From NCBI GenBank assembly GCA_963666565.1, contig OY762911.1, positions 2,976,001-3,040,000 on the forward strand: 64,000 bases of DNA, written 5' to 3'. The translations under genes and the position numbers were made by a program. The notes under the pieces were generated by a model, which saw nothing but the letters and a program-made list of their open reading frames with translations, did not search any database and was not told the origin of the DNA. The stretch comes from Thermoanaerobaculia bacterium. Its GTDB lineage: Bacteria; Acidobacteriota; Thermoanaerobaculia; Multivoradales; Multivoraceae. Each line of letters begins with the position of its first letter. Within the stretch, counting starts at the first letter, position 1. Positions 9,536-19,148 of the stretch are shown here, piece by piece.

Positions 9536-11669
9536 GAACGTTCAGTTCGTAGCCGAGGTTGGTGGCTGACGCGGCGTACACCCAGTGGCGGCCGTTCAGG
9601 CTGCAGCCGTCGAGCACCTTGACCAGCATCTCCCAGTTGTCCTCGTCGAAGAACCGGAACAGGCCGGAGTCGTTCGTGCCCTCGCGGACGACCGGCGCGT
9701 CGCCGCTCGGGCCGTCGGCCGTCCACCAGCGGAGCGAGAGTTCGTAGCGCGAGTCCCGCAGGCACAGAGTGGTGGCCGTGGCCTGGCACGTTCCCGCGGG
9801 CCGGGAAGCCTCGACGAGGAACTTGAGCGACGCCGTGCTCTCCCGCTCGCCGTCGAGCGACACGGTGAGGGACACGTCGTGGAAGCCCGGCGACTCGAAC
9901 GCGTGGAAGACGGAGGAGCTTCGCGACGTGGAGGCGCCGTGGAAGTCCCAGAGCCGGTAGCGAACGGTACCGGTGCTTGTGTCGAGAAATCGGACGGGCG
10001 TACCGGTCGTGGCCCGGCAGAGGCCGTCCTCGCAGCGGACGTCGACGCCGATGGCGGCCGTCGGGTGCCTGTCCGGAGGCGACTCCGTGGTGAACGTCGT
10101 ACTCTCGATCTCGAAGCCTTCCGTGCAGCCGGCGCTGTTCCAGATCCTGTAGGTGTACTTCGTGCCGGGTTTCAGGCCGGCGAGGCGCACGGTCGTCGTG
10201 CCCGCCGGAACCGCGATGCATGCCGCGCCGCGCTGGCTGCCCCGGTACCACCAGGGACCCTGGTAGTCGCCGATCGAAAGGGTTGCGGAAGTCGGCGTGA
10301 CCCTTGAGATCTCCGGGGTCTCGATGACGGGTCCGGGAGGTTCGACCAAGGTCGTGAACTCGATGAGATCGCCCAGACTGAGAGTGCAGGAATCGTTGCT
10401 GAAGGCCGTGGCTGCGTAGTTCGTGCCGGGTGCGAGCCCCGTCAGTCGCACGGTCTCTCCGCTCACCGGTCCTTCGCACTCGGCGCCGAGTTCGCCGAGC
10501 GAGGTGCCGTCTTTGGCGCCGCGGGCCGCTTTCAGGTAGTGCCAGTCGCCTTGACCCCTGTAGCTGCCGAGCGTCAACGTCGCTCCGCTGCTGGAGATGT
10601 TGGACGCGGTCAGCGATTCCGCAGCCGGCGTGCCGCTCACCTCGTCGGACCATTCGCCGTAGTCGCTGGCGCCAACCGTCGCGAGAGACCGCACGCGCAC
10701 GGTGTACTCCGTGCCGTTGGCCATGTCGGCCTTCCCCGCGCCGGGGAGCGTGACCCATGTATTGAGCGTGGAATTCAGCGAGCCCTGGCCGCCGGACGTG
10801 TCCGCCCGGGTCTGCCGGTCCCCGTCGTTGTAGTCCGAATCGGTACTCGACTTCCACTGAATCTCGTAGGCTTCGGCGTCGCTCTGCCCGGTCCACTCCA
10901 CGTACAACCCCAGATTGGCCTTGTCGCCATTCAGGGGCGAAACCGTCATGTTCGCCACCTGCGCCCTCAGCGTGGCGGACGCGGCCGCCGTGGCCAGTTC
11001 GGTGCTACAGGCGTTGTCGTCGTACGCCTTGAATGTGTAGCTCGTGTCCGGGGCCAGACCGGTTGCCGTCGCCGTCGTCGTTCCGGCCGCTACCTGGGAC
11101 GAGCAACTGCCTCCGGCGGGCGTCGTGTACTTGTACCACCAGGCGCCGCTGTGACTGGTCAGATTCAGCGTCAGACTGGTGGCGGTCTTGGTGTTGTAGC
11201 TGTTGTGAGCCGCGTTCGAGGTTTCGTCGACCGACAAAGAGGGGCCCGAAGTCGTTCTGAAGTCCACTTCGAGATTCTTGTCGTTGATGTGGCGCGAACT
11301 GGGCGGTCCTGAACAAGTGGCCCAGACGGTGACCGTGTGGCTCGCACCCTGCGTCAGTTCGGTGATCGTGACGCTGTCTCCGGATATGTCGCCTCTACAG
11401 TTGATCACGGTACCGCCCGACACGCTGTACTGCCAGTTCCCGGTGTAGCCGGCACGGGTGAGCGTGATCGTCACGGAGTTGTTGCCGATGTTGCTGGCGG
11501 CGATGCTCTGGGCCGTGGCGGGCGCCGACAGCCCGAGGAAGGCGGCGACCAGCGTGGCCGCGAGGGCGAGACGCGGGAGGAAGCGCGAGGCGAGGCGCGC
11601 GGGATGGGTCGGCGATTGCGCGGCCGGCCGCGCCTTGGGCGTAGTGGGTGCCGGGGCTTCCATGCTCAT
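8898..11669 (-). CDS. Secreted Fn3-like x5 + PKD-like + duplicated Cys-containing module protein (array member B, about 923 aa)
   Basis: AAGGAG RBS before ATG 11669 and signal peptide ..ATA|QS. Same C-terminal architecture as its neighbours. Confidence 0.85.
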   Translation of the reverse strand: MSMEAPAPTTPKARPAAQSPTHPARLASRFLPRLALAATLVAAFLGLSAPATAQSIAASNIGNNSVTITLTRAGYTGNWQYSVSGGTVINCRGDISGDSVTITELTQGASHTVTVWATCSGPPSSRHINDKNLEVDFRTTSGPSLSVDETSNAAHNSYNTKTATSLTLNLTSHSGAWWYKYTTPAGGSCSSQVAAGTTTATATGLAPDTSYTFKAYDDNACSTELATAAASATLRAQVANMTVSPLNGDKANLGLYVEWTGQSDAEAYEIQWKSSTDSDYNDGDRQTRADTSGGQGSLNSTLNTWVTLPGAGKADMANGTEYTVRVRSLATVGASDYGEWSDEVSGTPAAESLTASNISSSGATLTLGSYRGQGDWHYLKAARGAKDGTSLGELGAECEGPVSGETVRLTGLAPGTNYAATAFSNDSCTLSLGDLIEFTTLVEPPGPVIETPEISRVTPTSATLSIGDYQGPWWYRGSQRGAACIAVPAGTTTVRLAGLKPGTKYTYRIWNSAGCTEGFEIESTTFTTESPPDRHPTAAIGVDVRCEDGLCRATTGTPVRFLDTSTGTVRYRLWDFHGASTSRSSSVFHAFESPGFHDVSLTVSLDGERESTASLKFLVEASRPAGTCQATATTLCLRDSRYELSLRWWTADGPSGDAPVVREGTNDSGLFRFFDEDNWEMLVKVLDGCSLNGRHWVYAASATNLGYELNVRDTVTDVVKEYRNEPGMPSPAVADGDAFAAACEPSAASSLAEAWAAALPPSSAAAPATPAAGDSPGANPGHAAPATEDGGCTETATTLCLLNGRYEVSVAWSRGAANGSQPAEGGPGRTVRARTDDSGLFWFFTGDNWEMLVKVLDGCAYNGHHWVYAASATTVGLELTVRDAENGESKTWFKEAGEPAPAIVDAGAFGGRCATETALAADR

Positions 11670-11802
11670 TTCCGTTCTCCTTGAAGGTCGCTCCGCAGTC
11701 GTGCGGCCACGTATCGCTTCGTCGCCGATCATCGCGTTGTCGGAGGTTCTCGCGCCCCGAACCGGCTGCGGAGCTGCTTGCGCGGTTGCGATTTCGCACT
11801 CG

Positions 11803-12445
11803 CCGCGTCAACGATCAGCCGCGGGCGCGGTTTCCGTCGCGCAGCGTCCGCCGAACGCCCCGGCGTCCACGATCGCCGGCGCGGGCTCGCCAGCCTCCTT
11901 GAACCAGGTCTTCGATTCGCCGTTCTCCGCGTCGCGGACGGTCAGCTCCAGGCCGACCGTCGTCGCCGAAGCCGCGTACACCCAGTGGTGGCCGTTGTAC
12001 GCGCAGCCGTCGAGCACCTTGACCAGCATCTCCCAGTTGTCGCCGGTGAAGAACCAGAACAGGCCCGAGTCGTCGGTCCGCGCCCGGACCGTCCGGCCCG
12101 GCCCCCCTTCGGCGGGTTGGCTTCCGTTCGCGGCGCCCCGCGACCAGGCGACGGACACTTCGTAGCGGCCGTTCAGCAGGCAGAGCGTCGTCGCCGTCTC
12201 CGTGCAGCCGCCGTCCTCCGTCGCCGGCGCGGCGTGGCCCGGATTCGCGCCGGGCGAGTCGCCGGCGGCCGGCGTCGCGGGGGCCGCCGCGGACGAGGGC
12301 GGAAGAGCGGCGGCCCACGCTTCCGCGAGCGACGAGGCCGCCGAAGGCTCGCACGCCGCCGCGAAGGCGTCGCCGTCGGCGACGGCCGGCGAGGGCATGC
12401 CCGGCTCGTTGCGGTACTCCTTGACGACGTCCGTCACGGTGTCCC
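11803..12445. repeat. 643-bp direct repeat, copy 2 (partner 8893..9535)
   Basis: See copy 1. Confidence 0.92.
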
Positions 12446-14564
12446 TGACCCGCAGCGCGTAGCCCAGGTTCGTGGCGGATGCGGCGTAGACCCAGTGGCG
12501 GCCGTTCAGGTTGCAGCCGTCGAGCACCTTGACCAGCATCTCCCAGTTGTCCTCGTCGAAGAATCGGAACAGGCCGGAGTCGTTCGTGCCCTCGCGGACG
12601 ACCGGCGCGTCGCCGCTCGGGCCGGCGGCCGTCCACCAGTCGAGCGAGACCTCGTAGCGGGAGTCCCGCAGGCAGAGTTCCGTGGCGGTCGCTTCGCATG
12701 TCCCCGCGGGATGGGCGGCCTCGACGAGGAACTTGAGCGACGCCGTGCTCTCCCGCTCGCCGTCGAGCGACACGGTGAGGGACACGTCGTGGAAGCCCGG
12801 CGACTCGAAGGTGTGGAAGACGGAGGAGCTTCGCGACGTGGAGGCGCCGTGGAAGTCCCAGAGCCGGTAGCGAACGGTGCCGGTGCTCATGTCCAGGAAC
12901 CGGACGGGCGTATCGGTCACGGCTCGGCAGAGGCCGTCCTCGCAGGGGAGATCGACGCCGATGGCGGCGGTCGGGTGCGTGTCCGGTTCGGACTCCGTGG
13001 TGAACGTCGTACTGGCTACCTCGGCGCCCTCGGCGCAGCCGGGGCCGAGCCAGACCTTGTACGTGTACCTCGTGCCCGGTAGCAGCCGGGTGAGGGTGAC
13101 GGTCGTCGTGCCCGCCGGAACGGCGGTGCACGCCGCGCCGCGCTGGTTGCCCCGGTACCACCAGGCGCCCCGGTAGCCGCCGAGCGAGAGGGTTGCCGAA
13201 GTCGCGGTGCTATCGGGAACCGTGAGGCCTACCGGAACGGGTTCGGCCAGGGTCGCGAACTCGACAAGTTCGCCCAGGCCGGTGGAGCAGTCGCTGTTGC
13301 TGAAGGCCGCGGCCGCGTAGTTGGTGCTGGGCGCAAGCCCCGTCAGTCGCAGGGTCTCTTCACTCACCGGTCCCGTGCACTGGGCGCCGAGTTCGCCGAG
13401 TGCGGTGCCGTCTCCGGCGCCCCGGGCGGCTCTCTGGTAGTACCAGTCGCCTTGACCCCTGTAGTTGGCGAGAGTCAACGTCGCTCCGCCGCTCGAGACA
13501 TCGGAGACGCTCAGCGTCTCGACCGCCGGGGTGCCGCTAACCTCGTCGGACCACTCGCCCTGTGATGAAAGGCCACTCGAGCTGATGGATCGGACACGCA
13601 CCGTGTACGCCGTTCCGTTGTCCATGTCGGCGTTCACCGCACCGGGGAGCGTGACCCATGTATTGACGACGTGGCCGGACTTGCCCGCCTTGATCTGCCG
13701 ATTCCCGTCGTTGTAACCGGAATCGCTGTCGGATTTCCACTGTATCTCGTACTCTTCCGCGCCGTCCTGTCCGGTCCACTCCACGTACAGGCCCCGCCAT
13801 TGCTTGTCGGCATTCAGGGGTGAAACCGTGACGTCGGTTACCTTTGCCCTCAGCGTGGCCAGGGCGGTCGCCGTCGCGAGCACCGTGCCGCAGGCGGCGT
13901 CGCTGTACGCCTTGAACGTATAGGACGTGTTCGGGGTCAGGCCGTCTACCGTCGCCCACGTCGTTCCCGCCGACACCGCCGACGAACAGGTTCCCCCCGT
14001 GGGCGTCGTGTACTTGTAATACCAGGCGGTACTGTGATTAGTCAGAATCAGCGTCAGACTGGTGGAGGTTCTGGTGTCGTGGGTGTTGTCGGTGTCGCTG
14101 AAGGTGTCGTCCACCGACAACGTGGGGCCCGAGAGCGTGGTGAAGGTCGCCTCAAGAATCTTGTCGTTGATGAGCCGCGCACTGGGCGGGCCCTCGCAGG
14201 TGGCATAGACAGTGACGGTATGGGACAGCGCCTGGGTCAGTCCGGTGATGGTCACGCTGTCTCCGGATACGTTGCCGGTACAGGCGATCGCCGTGCCTCC
14301 CGACACTTCGTAGTGCCAGTTCCCGGTGTAGCCGGCGCGGGTCAGCGTGATCGTCACGGAATTGGTGGTGATGTTGCTGGCGGCTACGCTCTGGGCCGCG
14401 GCGGGCGCCGGCAGCCCGAGGAAGGCCGGCAGCAACGTGGCCGCGAGCGCGAGTCGCGGCAGGAGGCCGCCGCCCGTGGACGCCTGCGTGGCCGGCCTCT
14501 TCCGGCAGAGGCACGGGCGGAGCCGGAGCTGGCAGGACGAGTGATTCTTGTGCACGAGATGCAA
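11808..14564 (-). CDS. Secreted Fn3-like x5 + PKD-like + duplicated Cys-containing module protein (array member A, 918 aa)
   Basis: Purine-rich RBS (GAAGGGGA) before TTG 14564 and signal peptide ..AAA|QS. Colinear with member B. Confidence 0.85.
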   Translation of the reverse strand: MHLVHKNHSSCQLRLRPCLCRKRPATQASTGGGLLPRLALAATLLPAFLGLPAPAAAQSVAASNITTNSVTITLTRAGYTGNWHYEVSGGTAIACTGNVSGDSVTITGLTQALSHTVTVYATCEGPPSARLINDKILEATFTTLSGPTLSVDDTFSDTDNTHDTRTSTSLTLILTNHSTAWYYKYTTPTGGTCSSAVSAGTTWATVDGLTPNTSYTFKAYSDAACGTVLATATALATLRAKVTDVTVSPLNADKQWRGLYVEWTGQDGAEEYEIQWKSDSDSGYNDGNRQIKAGKSGHVVNTWVTLPGAVNADMDNGTAYTVRVRSISSSGLSSQGEWSDEVSGTPAVETLSVSDVSSGGATLTLANYRGQGDWYYQRAARGAGDGTALGELGAQCTGPVSEETLRLTGLAPSTNYAAAAFSNSDCSTGLGELVEFATLAEPVPVGLTVPDSTATSATLSLGGYRGAWWYRGNQRGAACTAVPAGTTTVTLTRLLPGTRYTYKVWLGPGCAEGAEVASTTFTTESEPDTHPTAAIGVDLPCEDGLCRAVTDTPVRFLDMSTGTVRYRLWDFHGASTSRSSSVFHTFESPGFHDVSLTVSLDGERESTASLKFLVEAAHPAGTCEATATELCLRDSRYEVSLDWWTAAGPSGDAPVVREGTNDSGLFRFFDEDNWEMLVKVLDGCNLNGRHWVYAASATNLGYALRVRDTVTDVVKEYRNEPGMPSPAVADGDAFAAACEPSAASSLAEAWAAALPPSSAAAPATPAAGDSPGANPGHAAPATEDGGCTETATTLCLLNGRYEVSVAWSRGAANGSQPAEGGPGRTVRARTDDSGLFWFFTGDNWEMLVKVLDGCAYNGHHWVYAASATTVGLELTVRDAENGESKTWFKEAGEPAPAIVDAGAFGGRCATETAPAADR

Positions 14565-14674
14565 GGTTCCCCTTCTTTCCGGTCGACCAGTGACGGCGAG
14601 GTGGCAGCCCCACTCCGAATCGGAGCGTTGGTGACGACACGAAACCGCCGCGGAAACAACGCTGTTCAGGCACC

Positions 14675-14703
14675 CTTATAGGGAGATCGAGACGCGCTGT
14701 CAA
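14675..14703 (-). promoter_or_regulatory. Near-consensus sigma70 promoter upstream of the surface-protein array
   Basis: Minus strand TTGACA (14698-14703), 17 nt spacer, TATAAG (14675-80), about 110 nt upstream of member A. Confidence 0.7.
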
Positions 14704-15154
14704 TGACTTGAGTCGGTGCGTGCGCGGACCCGTGATTGAAGTGGAGATTGGCAACGGAACATCGCGTGTCGATTCGGCACCGATGGTTCGTCCAAAGCGG
14801 AATTCCGCCCTGGATGCCGGCGTCGAGACTGCCTTCGCGGTCGTGTTTCCCTACTTGCCGCAGAACCGCGACGCGAGCTCCGGGAGCAGCCTGGCGAGTA
14901 CGGTGAATGCCGGGTCGGGGGAGGCGGCGGCAGCGGCGGCGAACCTCGCTCCGGCGGTCCGCCGGCGCCGCTGCGGGCCCGTCGCGACCTCCGGGCGCGG
15001 CGCGAAACGAGTCGTCCCCGTCCGGCGCCCGCCTGGCCGCGCCCGCGCGGGCGTGACGACCGGTCGGGCGCGGCGCGGCCCGGATCCGGTAGGTTCGGGG
15101 CGCCTCGTTTGTTGAGCGTTCGGTTTGGCCTTAGCCCCTGGCGGAGTGGTCGGA

Positions 15155-17311
15155 ATGAAGGAAACGAAGTTCGAGTCGTTCGCGTCGCTGCGCGATTCCC
15201 TCGCGGCGATGTCGATCAAGACTGTCGAGACCGAGGTGTTGCGCATCGCGGCATCGGTCGAGAGCGGGGAGGGCGGAGCGGCTGCGGTCCGTTCGGCGGT
15301 CGTCGAGTGGCTGGAGGATCGGGCCGGCGAACGGCTTCCCGAACGGGCCGCGGAGCGGACGTTCTCCTGGGAAGGCGACCGCCTTCGCTGCGAAGCGGTG
15401 CGGCTGGAGGACGGCGAAGACGACCTCTGGGCGGTGCGCGTCGAGGACGGAGGCGAGAACGGAGCTTCGGGCTCGCTGGCGAACGAGATCGGCGTCGCCG
15501 GGAGCGGCGACGCGCCGGTGCGGCTCTTCGCGCGGGTTCTGTCCAGCGTCGGTCACGCCTTCGGCGAGGCGCCGGACCTGATCGCCCGGCTCGCCGAGCG
15601 GTACGAGCTGAAGCAGTTCGGCGTCCCGCTTGGCGCGTCGCCGCTTCTGATCAAGACGGAGCGCGACGCGGAGGCGCTCGTCAAGTGGCTCACCCATGCC
15701 TCGCGGCGCCTGCCGGTCATCACGCTCTCCGTGCCGGACGACGCCGAGGATCCCTACCGGCCGCTGCTCGATCCGGTGGAACTCGCGCGCGACGCGGCGG
15801 GGATCGCCCAGGTGGCCGTGCTGCCCTCCAGGTTCACCTGGTTCCTGACCCAGCGGTTCTCGAAGAAGCTGTCCGTCTACCGGGGCGCGATCCGCATCTA
15901 CCAGCCGGGGTTCGACGGCGTGAACGCCGGCGACTCGCACTGGGCGGTCATGGCCGACCGCCTGAGCGCGCCCGCGGGCGCCCAGCGGCATCGCGCCGAC
16001 ATCCTGCGCCGCGTGGGGGAGCGGAGCGTCGCCGACCAGGAGGCGCCGCCGGCGTTCGCGGACTTGCGCGAGCGCGCCGGCGGGAAGCCGCCGCCCGTCG
16101 AGTCCGCGGGTGCGGCTCCGGCAGTCGCCGAACGTGGCGGCGTGGCCGCACCGACTGCCGAGCCCGATGGCGCCGCCGGGGAGGAGGTCGCAAGCCCTTC
16201 GGAGGTCCGCGCGAAGAAGTCGCCCGGCGACGAAGCAGCTTCGCCCGACCTTGCGGCGACCGTCGGAGGCCGAAACGCGCCAGCGGACGCAGCGGATCCC
16301 GCCGCGCCGCCACGCAGGGAACGGGGCCGCACACCGGGTGCGCCGGGGTGCCGTTCGTCCGCCCGATCGACGGGCGCACGGACTGGTTCGCGGGTGGCGT
16401 CCGAGACGCCACCCGGGTTCTCGCCGGCTGCCGCCGAAGGCGGCCAGAAGGACGCGCCGGCCGTCAGGCCGGCCCCGCGTCCGACGCCCGGTTCCACGCA
16501 AGGTCCGCCGGCAAGCGAACCGCGGACGACCGCCGAGAGGACCCCGGCCGCGCCGCCCGCCACGCCGGCAGCGTTGCCCGAACGGGCGCCCGGCTTGTTC
16601 GCCCGCCTGGGTTCGCTCGCCCGGATGCTGAGTTCGGGCGGCTACGCGACCGGGGAGGCCAGGATCCGGGCTCCCGCCGAGCGCGAGAAGGAACGGATGG
16701 AGCGAGAGCTTCAGTCCAGCCGGCGCCAGTTCGACGAACTGACCACGAAGCTGCGATCGACGCGCGAGGAAGCCGAGTACTTCCTCACCGAGAACCAGGA
16801 GGCGGAAGCTCTGGCGGGCAAGCGGCAGCGGCAGATCGACGAGGCGAACGCCCGCATCGCGCAGCTCGAAGAGCAACTCCGCTCCCTCGGCCACACGCCG
16901 CTGCCGGGCGGATGGGAGGACTTCGTGGACTGGTGCGAGCGCGAGCTGGGCGGCTCGCTCATCCTGTCTCCCAAGGCGCGCCGCGAGATCAAGGGCGCCC
17001 ACTTCGCCGATGCCCCGCTCGCGGCGCGCTGCCTGCTGTGGCTTGCCGGGGAGTACCGGGACGGCCGCCTGAACGGCGCGGGAGCGTCCCTGCGGATCGA
17101 AGAGTCCGGGATCCGCAACGAGCCGTGCGGCGGAGACAAGGTGCCGCTCAAGTGGCGGGGCGAGAACCGCCACGCGGACTGGCACCTGAAGAACGGAGGC
17201 AATACGCGGGACCCGGCGCGCTGCCTGCGCATCTACTACTTCTGGGACCAGGAGACGCGGCAGGTTGTCGTCGCGTCCATGCCCGCGCACGTGCGGAGCG
17301 CCATCACCTGA
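15155..17311 (+). CDS. Hypothetical protein (718 aa): globular N-terminal domain, Pro/Ala-rich linker, coiled coil, C-terminal W/H-rich domain
   Basis: GGAG-like RBS before ATG 15155. Coding-like composition at both ends. C-terminus is ADWHLKNGGNTRDPARCLRIYYFWD..VVVASMPAH. Confidence 0.8.
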   Translation: MKETKFESFASLRDSLAAMSIKTVETEVLRIAASVESGEGGAAAVRSAVVEWLEDRAGERLPERAAERTFSWEGDRLRCEAVRLEDGEDDLWAVRVEDGGENGASGSLANEIGVAGSGDAPVRLFARVLSSVGHAFGEAPDLIARLAERYELKQFGVPLGASPLLIKTERDAEALVKWLTHASRRLPVITLSVPDDAEDPYRPLLDPVELARDAAGIAQVAVLPSRFTWFLTQRFSKKLSVYRGAIRIYQPGFDGVNAGDSHWAVMADRLSAPAGAQRHRADILRRVGERSVADQEAPPAFADLRERAGGKPPPVESAGAAPAVAERGGVAAPTAEPDGAAGEEVASPSEVRAKKSPGDEAASPDLAATVGGRNAPADAADPAAPPRRERGRTPGAPGCRSSARSTGARTGSRVASETPPGFSPAAAEGGQKDAPAVRPAPRPTPGSTQGPPASEPRTTAERTPAAPPATPAALPERAPGLFARLGSLARMLSSGGYATGEARIRAPAEREKERMERELQSSRRQFDELTTKLRSTREEAEYFLTENQEAEALAGKRQRQIDEANARIAQLEEQLRSLGHTPLPGGWEDFVDWCERELGGSLILSPKARREIKGAHFADAPLAARCLLWLAGEYRDGRLNGAGASLRIEESGIRNEPCGGDKVPLKWRGENRHADWHLKNGGNTRDPARCLRIYYFWDQETRQVVVASMPAHVRSAIT

Positions 17312-17384
17312 ACCGGCGCTGTCGCCGGCGTGCGGCCGGCGTCCCTGCCGTCCGGGGCGCGCCGCTCTGCGGCGCCGCCCGCGG

Positions 17385-17410
17385 GCGGGTCGGAAGACCC
17401 GCGCACCCGG
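17385..17410 (+). repeat. REP-like palindrome, single copy with a type-B arm
   Basis: GCGGGTC-GGAA-GACCCGC-GCACCCGG between convergent genes, preceded by a GCCGC-tct-GCGGC hairpin. Confidence 0.85.
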
Positions 17411-17433
17411 CGGAAGGCCCGCGAACTCTCGTC

Positions 17434-18930
17434 TCAGTAGCCCGGCGGGCGCTCGAAGCCGCCGATCCGCTCGCTCAGGCGGCGAGCGAGGTCGAGCGTC
17501 GTCCTGTCTTCCAGGAAGGGCCCCGCGATCTGGAGGCCGACCGGCAGGCCGTCACTTGCCGTGCCGGCCGGGATGACGGTCGCCGGCAGGAAGACGACGC
17601 CGGTCAGGCCGACCCACAGCGTCTGCTCGCCGTAGGCGCGCGGTTCGCCGTTGACGGCGATGCGGCGCGCGCCCATCGGTTCGCTGTGGTCGTGGGGGAT
17701 GGCGGTGGTCGGGAGGCAGGGGAGGAGCACCGCGTCCCGGTCCTTGAAGAAGTCGTGCCACTTGCGGCGCATCTGCAGCCGGCGCTCGTTGGCGGACAGC
17801 CAGGCGCGGTGGCGCTGGGAGGCCCAGCGCGCGGCGAGGGCGCCTTCCTCGTCCTCGCTCATGCCGCGGACGGCCAGTTCCTCGATCTTCTCGTGGCTGA
17901 AGCCGCCGCACATCGCGGCGCCCAGGAGCTGGCCGAAGACGCGGGTCGCGTAATCGAATGTGAAGTCGGGCCGGGCCTCGCGGTCGACGGTGGCGCCGGC
18001 GGCCTCCAGTGTGTCGGCGGCCGCTTCGAGGCGTTCGCGGACCCGGTCGTCGATCGGGCAGGACGGCTCGTCGAACCACACCGCGACCCGGTAGTCCGAG
18101 ATGCTCTCGTGGCGAGGCGGCGGCAGTTCCAGGCGGTAGGCGGGAGCGTGCCACTCGTCCGGCCCGGCGAGGAGGCCGAGGCCGAGTTCCAGGTCCTCGA
18201 CGGTGCGCGCCATCGGCCCGGCGACCGCGATGTCGGCCTGGGTCAGGGTGCCGGGCGGCCCGGGGATCTGGCCGAGCGCCGGCACGATGCCGTAGCTGGG
18301 CTTGTGGCCGAAGACGCCGCAGGTCGAGGCGGGGCCGCGGATCGAGCCGCCGATGTCGCTGCCGAGCTCGAACGGCGTGAACCCCGCGGCGAGCGCCGCG
18401 GCCGAGCCGCCTGACGATCCGCCCGGCGTCCGCTCCACGTTCCAGGGGTTGTTCGTCCGGCCGAACACCTCGTTGTAGCTCTGCGTATCGCCGGCGTAGA
18501 TGGGCAGGTTCGTCTTGCCGAAGATGACCGCGCCGGCCGCGCGCAGGCGGGCGACGGGAACGGCGTCGACTTCGGGAACGTGGCCGCTGAGCTCCGGCGC
18601 GCCGGAGGTGGTGCGCATGCCGAGGGTCTGGAACGAGTCCTTGATCGTCATCGCGACGCCGTGCAGCGGTCCGGGTTCCCGGCCCTCGGCCAGCGCCTTG
18701 TCGGCGGCGTCCGCTTCGCGCCGCGCCCGCTCGGCGTCGAGGGTGACGACCGCGTTGAGCGGCGGATTCAGGCGGTCGACCCGGTCGAGCAGGAGTTCCA
18801 GGTAGTCGCGCGACGAGATGAGACCGTCGCGGATGGCCGCGGCCGCCTGCGCGGCCGTCCAGTACGCCGCGTCTTCGGCCGGTTCGCGGGCGCTTGCAGT
18901 CGAGGGAGGCGAGGGAGAAGCGGACGTCAT
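17434..18930 (-). CDS. Amidase (amidase-signature family)
   Basis: Motifs GPLHGVAMTIKD, GKTN, TPGGSSGGSAAALAAG and GSDIGGSIRGPA (Ser-cisSer-Lys triad). Confidence 0.94.
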   Translation of the reverse strand: MTSASPSPPSTASAREPAEDAAYWTAAQAAAAIRDGLISSRDYLELLLDRVDRLNPPLNAVVTLDAERARREADAADKALAEGREPGPLHGVAMTIKDSFQTLGMRTTSGAPELSGHVPEVDAVPVARLRAAGAVIFGKTNLPIYAGDTQSYNEVFGRTNNPWNVERTPGGSSGGSAAALAAGFTPFELGSDIGGSIRGPASTCGVFGHKPSYGIVPALGQIPGPPGTLTQADIAVAGPMARTVEDLELGLGLLAGPDEWHAPAYRLELPPPRHESISDYRVAVWFDEPSCPIDDRVRERLEAAADTLEAAGATVDREARPDFTFDYATRVFGQLLGAAMCGGFSHEKIEELAVRGMSEDEEGALAARWASQRHRAWLSANERRLQMRRKWHDFFKDRDAVLLPCLPTTAIPHDHSEPMGARRIAVNGEPRAYGEQTLWVGLTGVVFLPATVIPAGTASDGLPVGLQIAGPFLEDRTTLDLARRLSERIGGFERPPGY

Positions 18931-19148
18931 GCCCGGAGGCTAGCAAGCGGGCACGACGACGTCCGCCACGGCTGCCGTCCGCTCCGGCGGAGGCCCCGAT
19001 CCGTGCAACGAGCGCCGATTGCGTCTTAGGTCATTAGGGACCGGCGCCAGGCCTTGTCCGCGGGGCCCGGGGCCGGGGCCTGTAGTACGCTTCTTCCTGC
19101 CGTCGCGGCCGCCCGGCGCGGGACGATCGAGAAAGTCGGGGGCTGACG

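Noticed and set aside
8893-12445. Diversity-generating retroelement template/variable repeat pair
   Set aside because: Both copies are coding ends of paralogs with only 2 mismatches, and there is no reverse transcriptase in the window.
14800-15120. Possible ncRNA or small ORFs in the long intergenic region
   Set aside because: No recognisable RNA family or coding signal. GC-rich hairpins are expected by chance.
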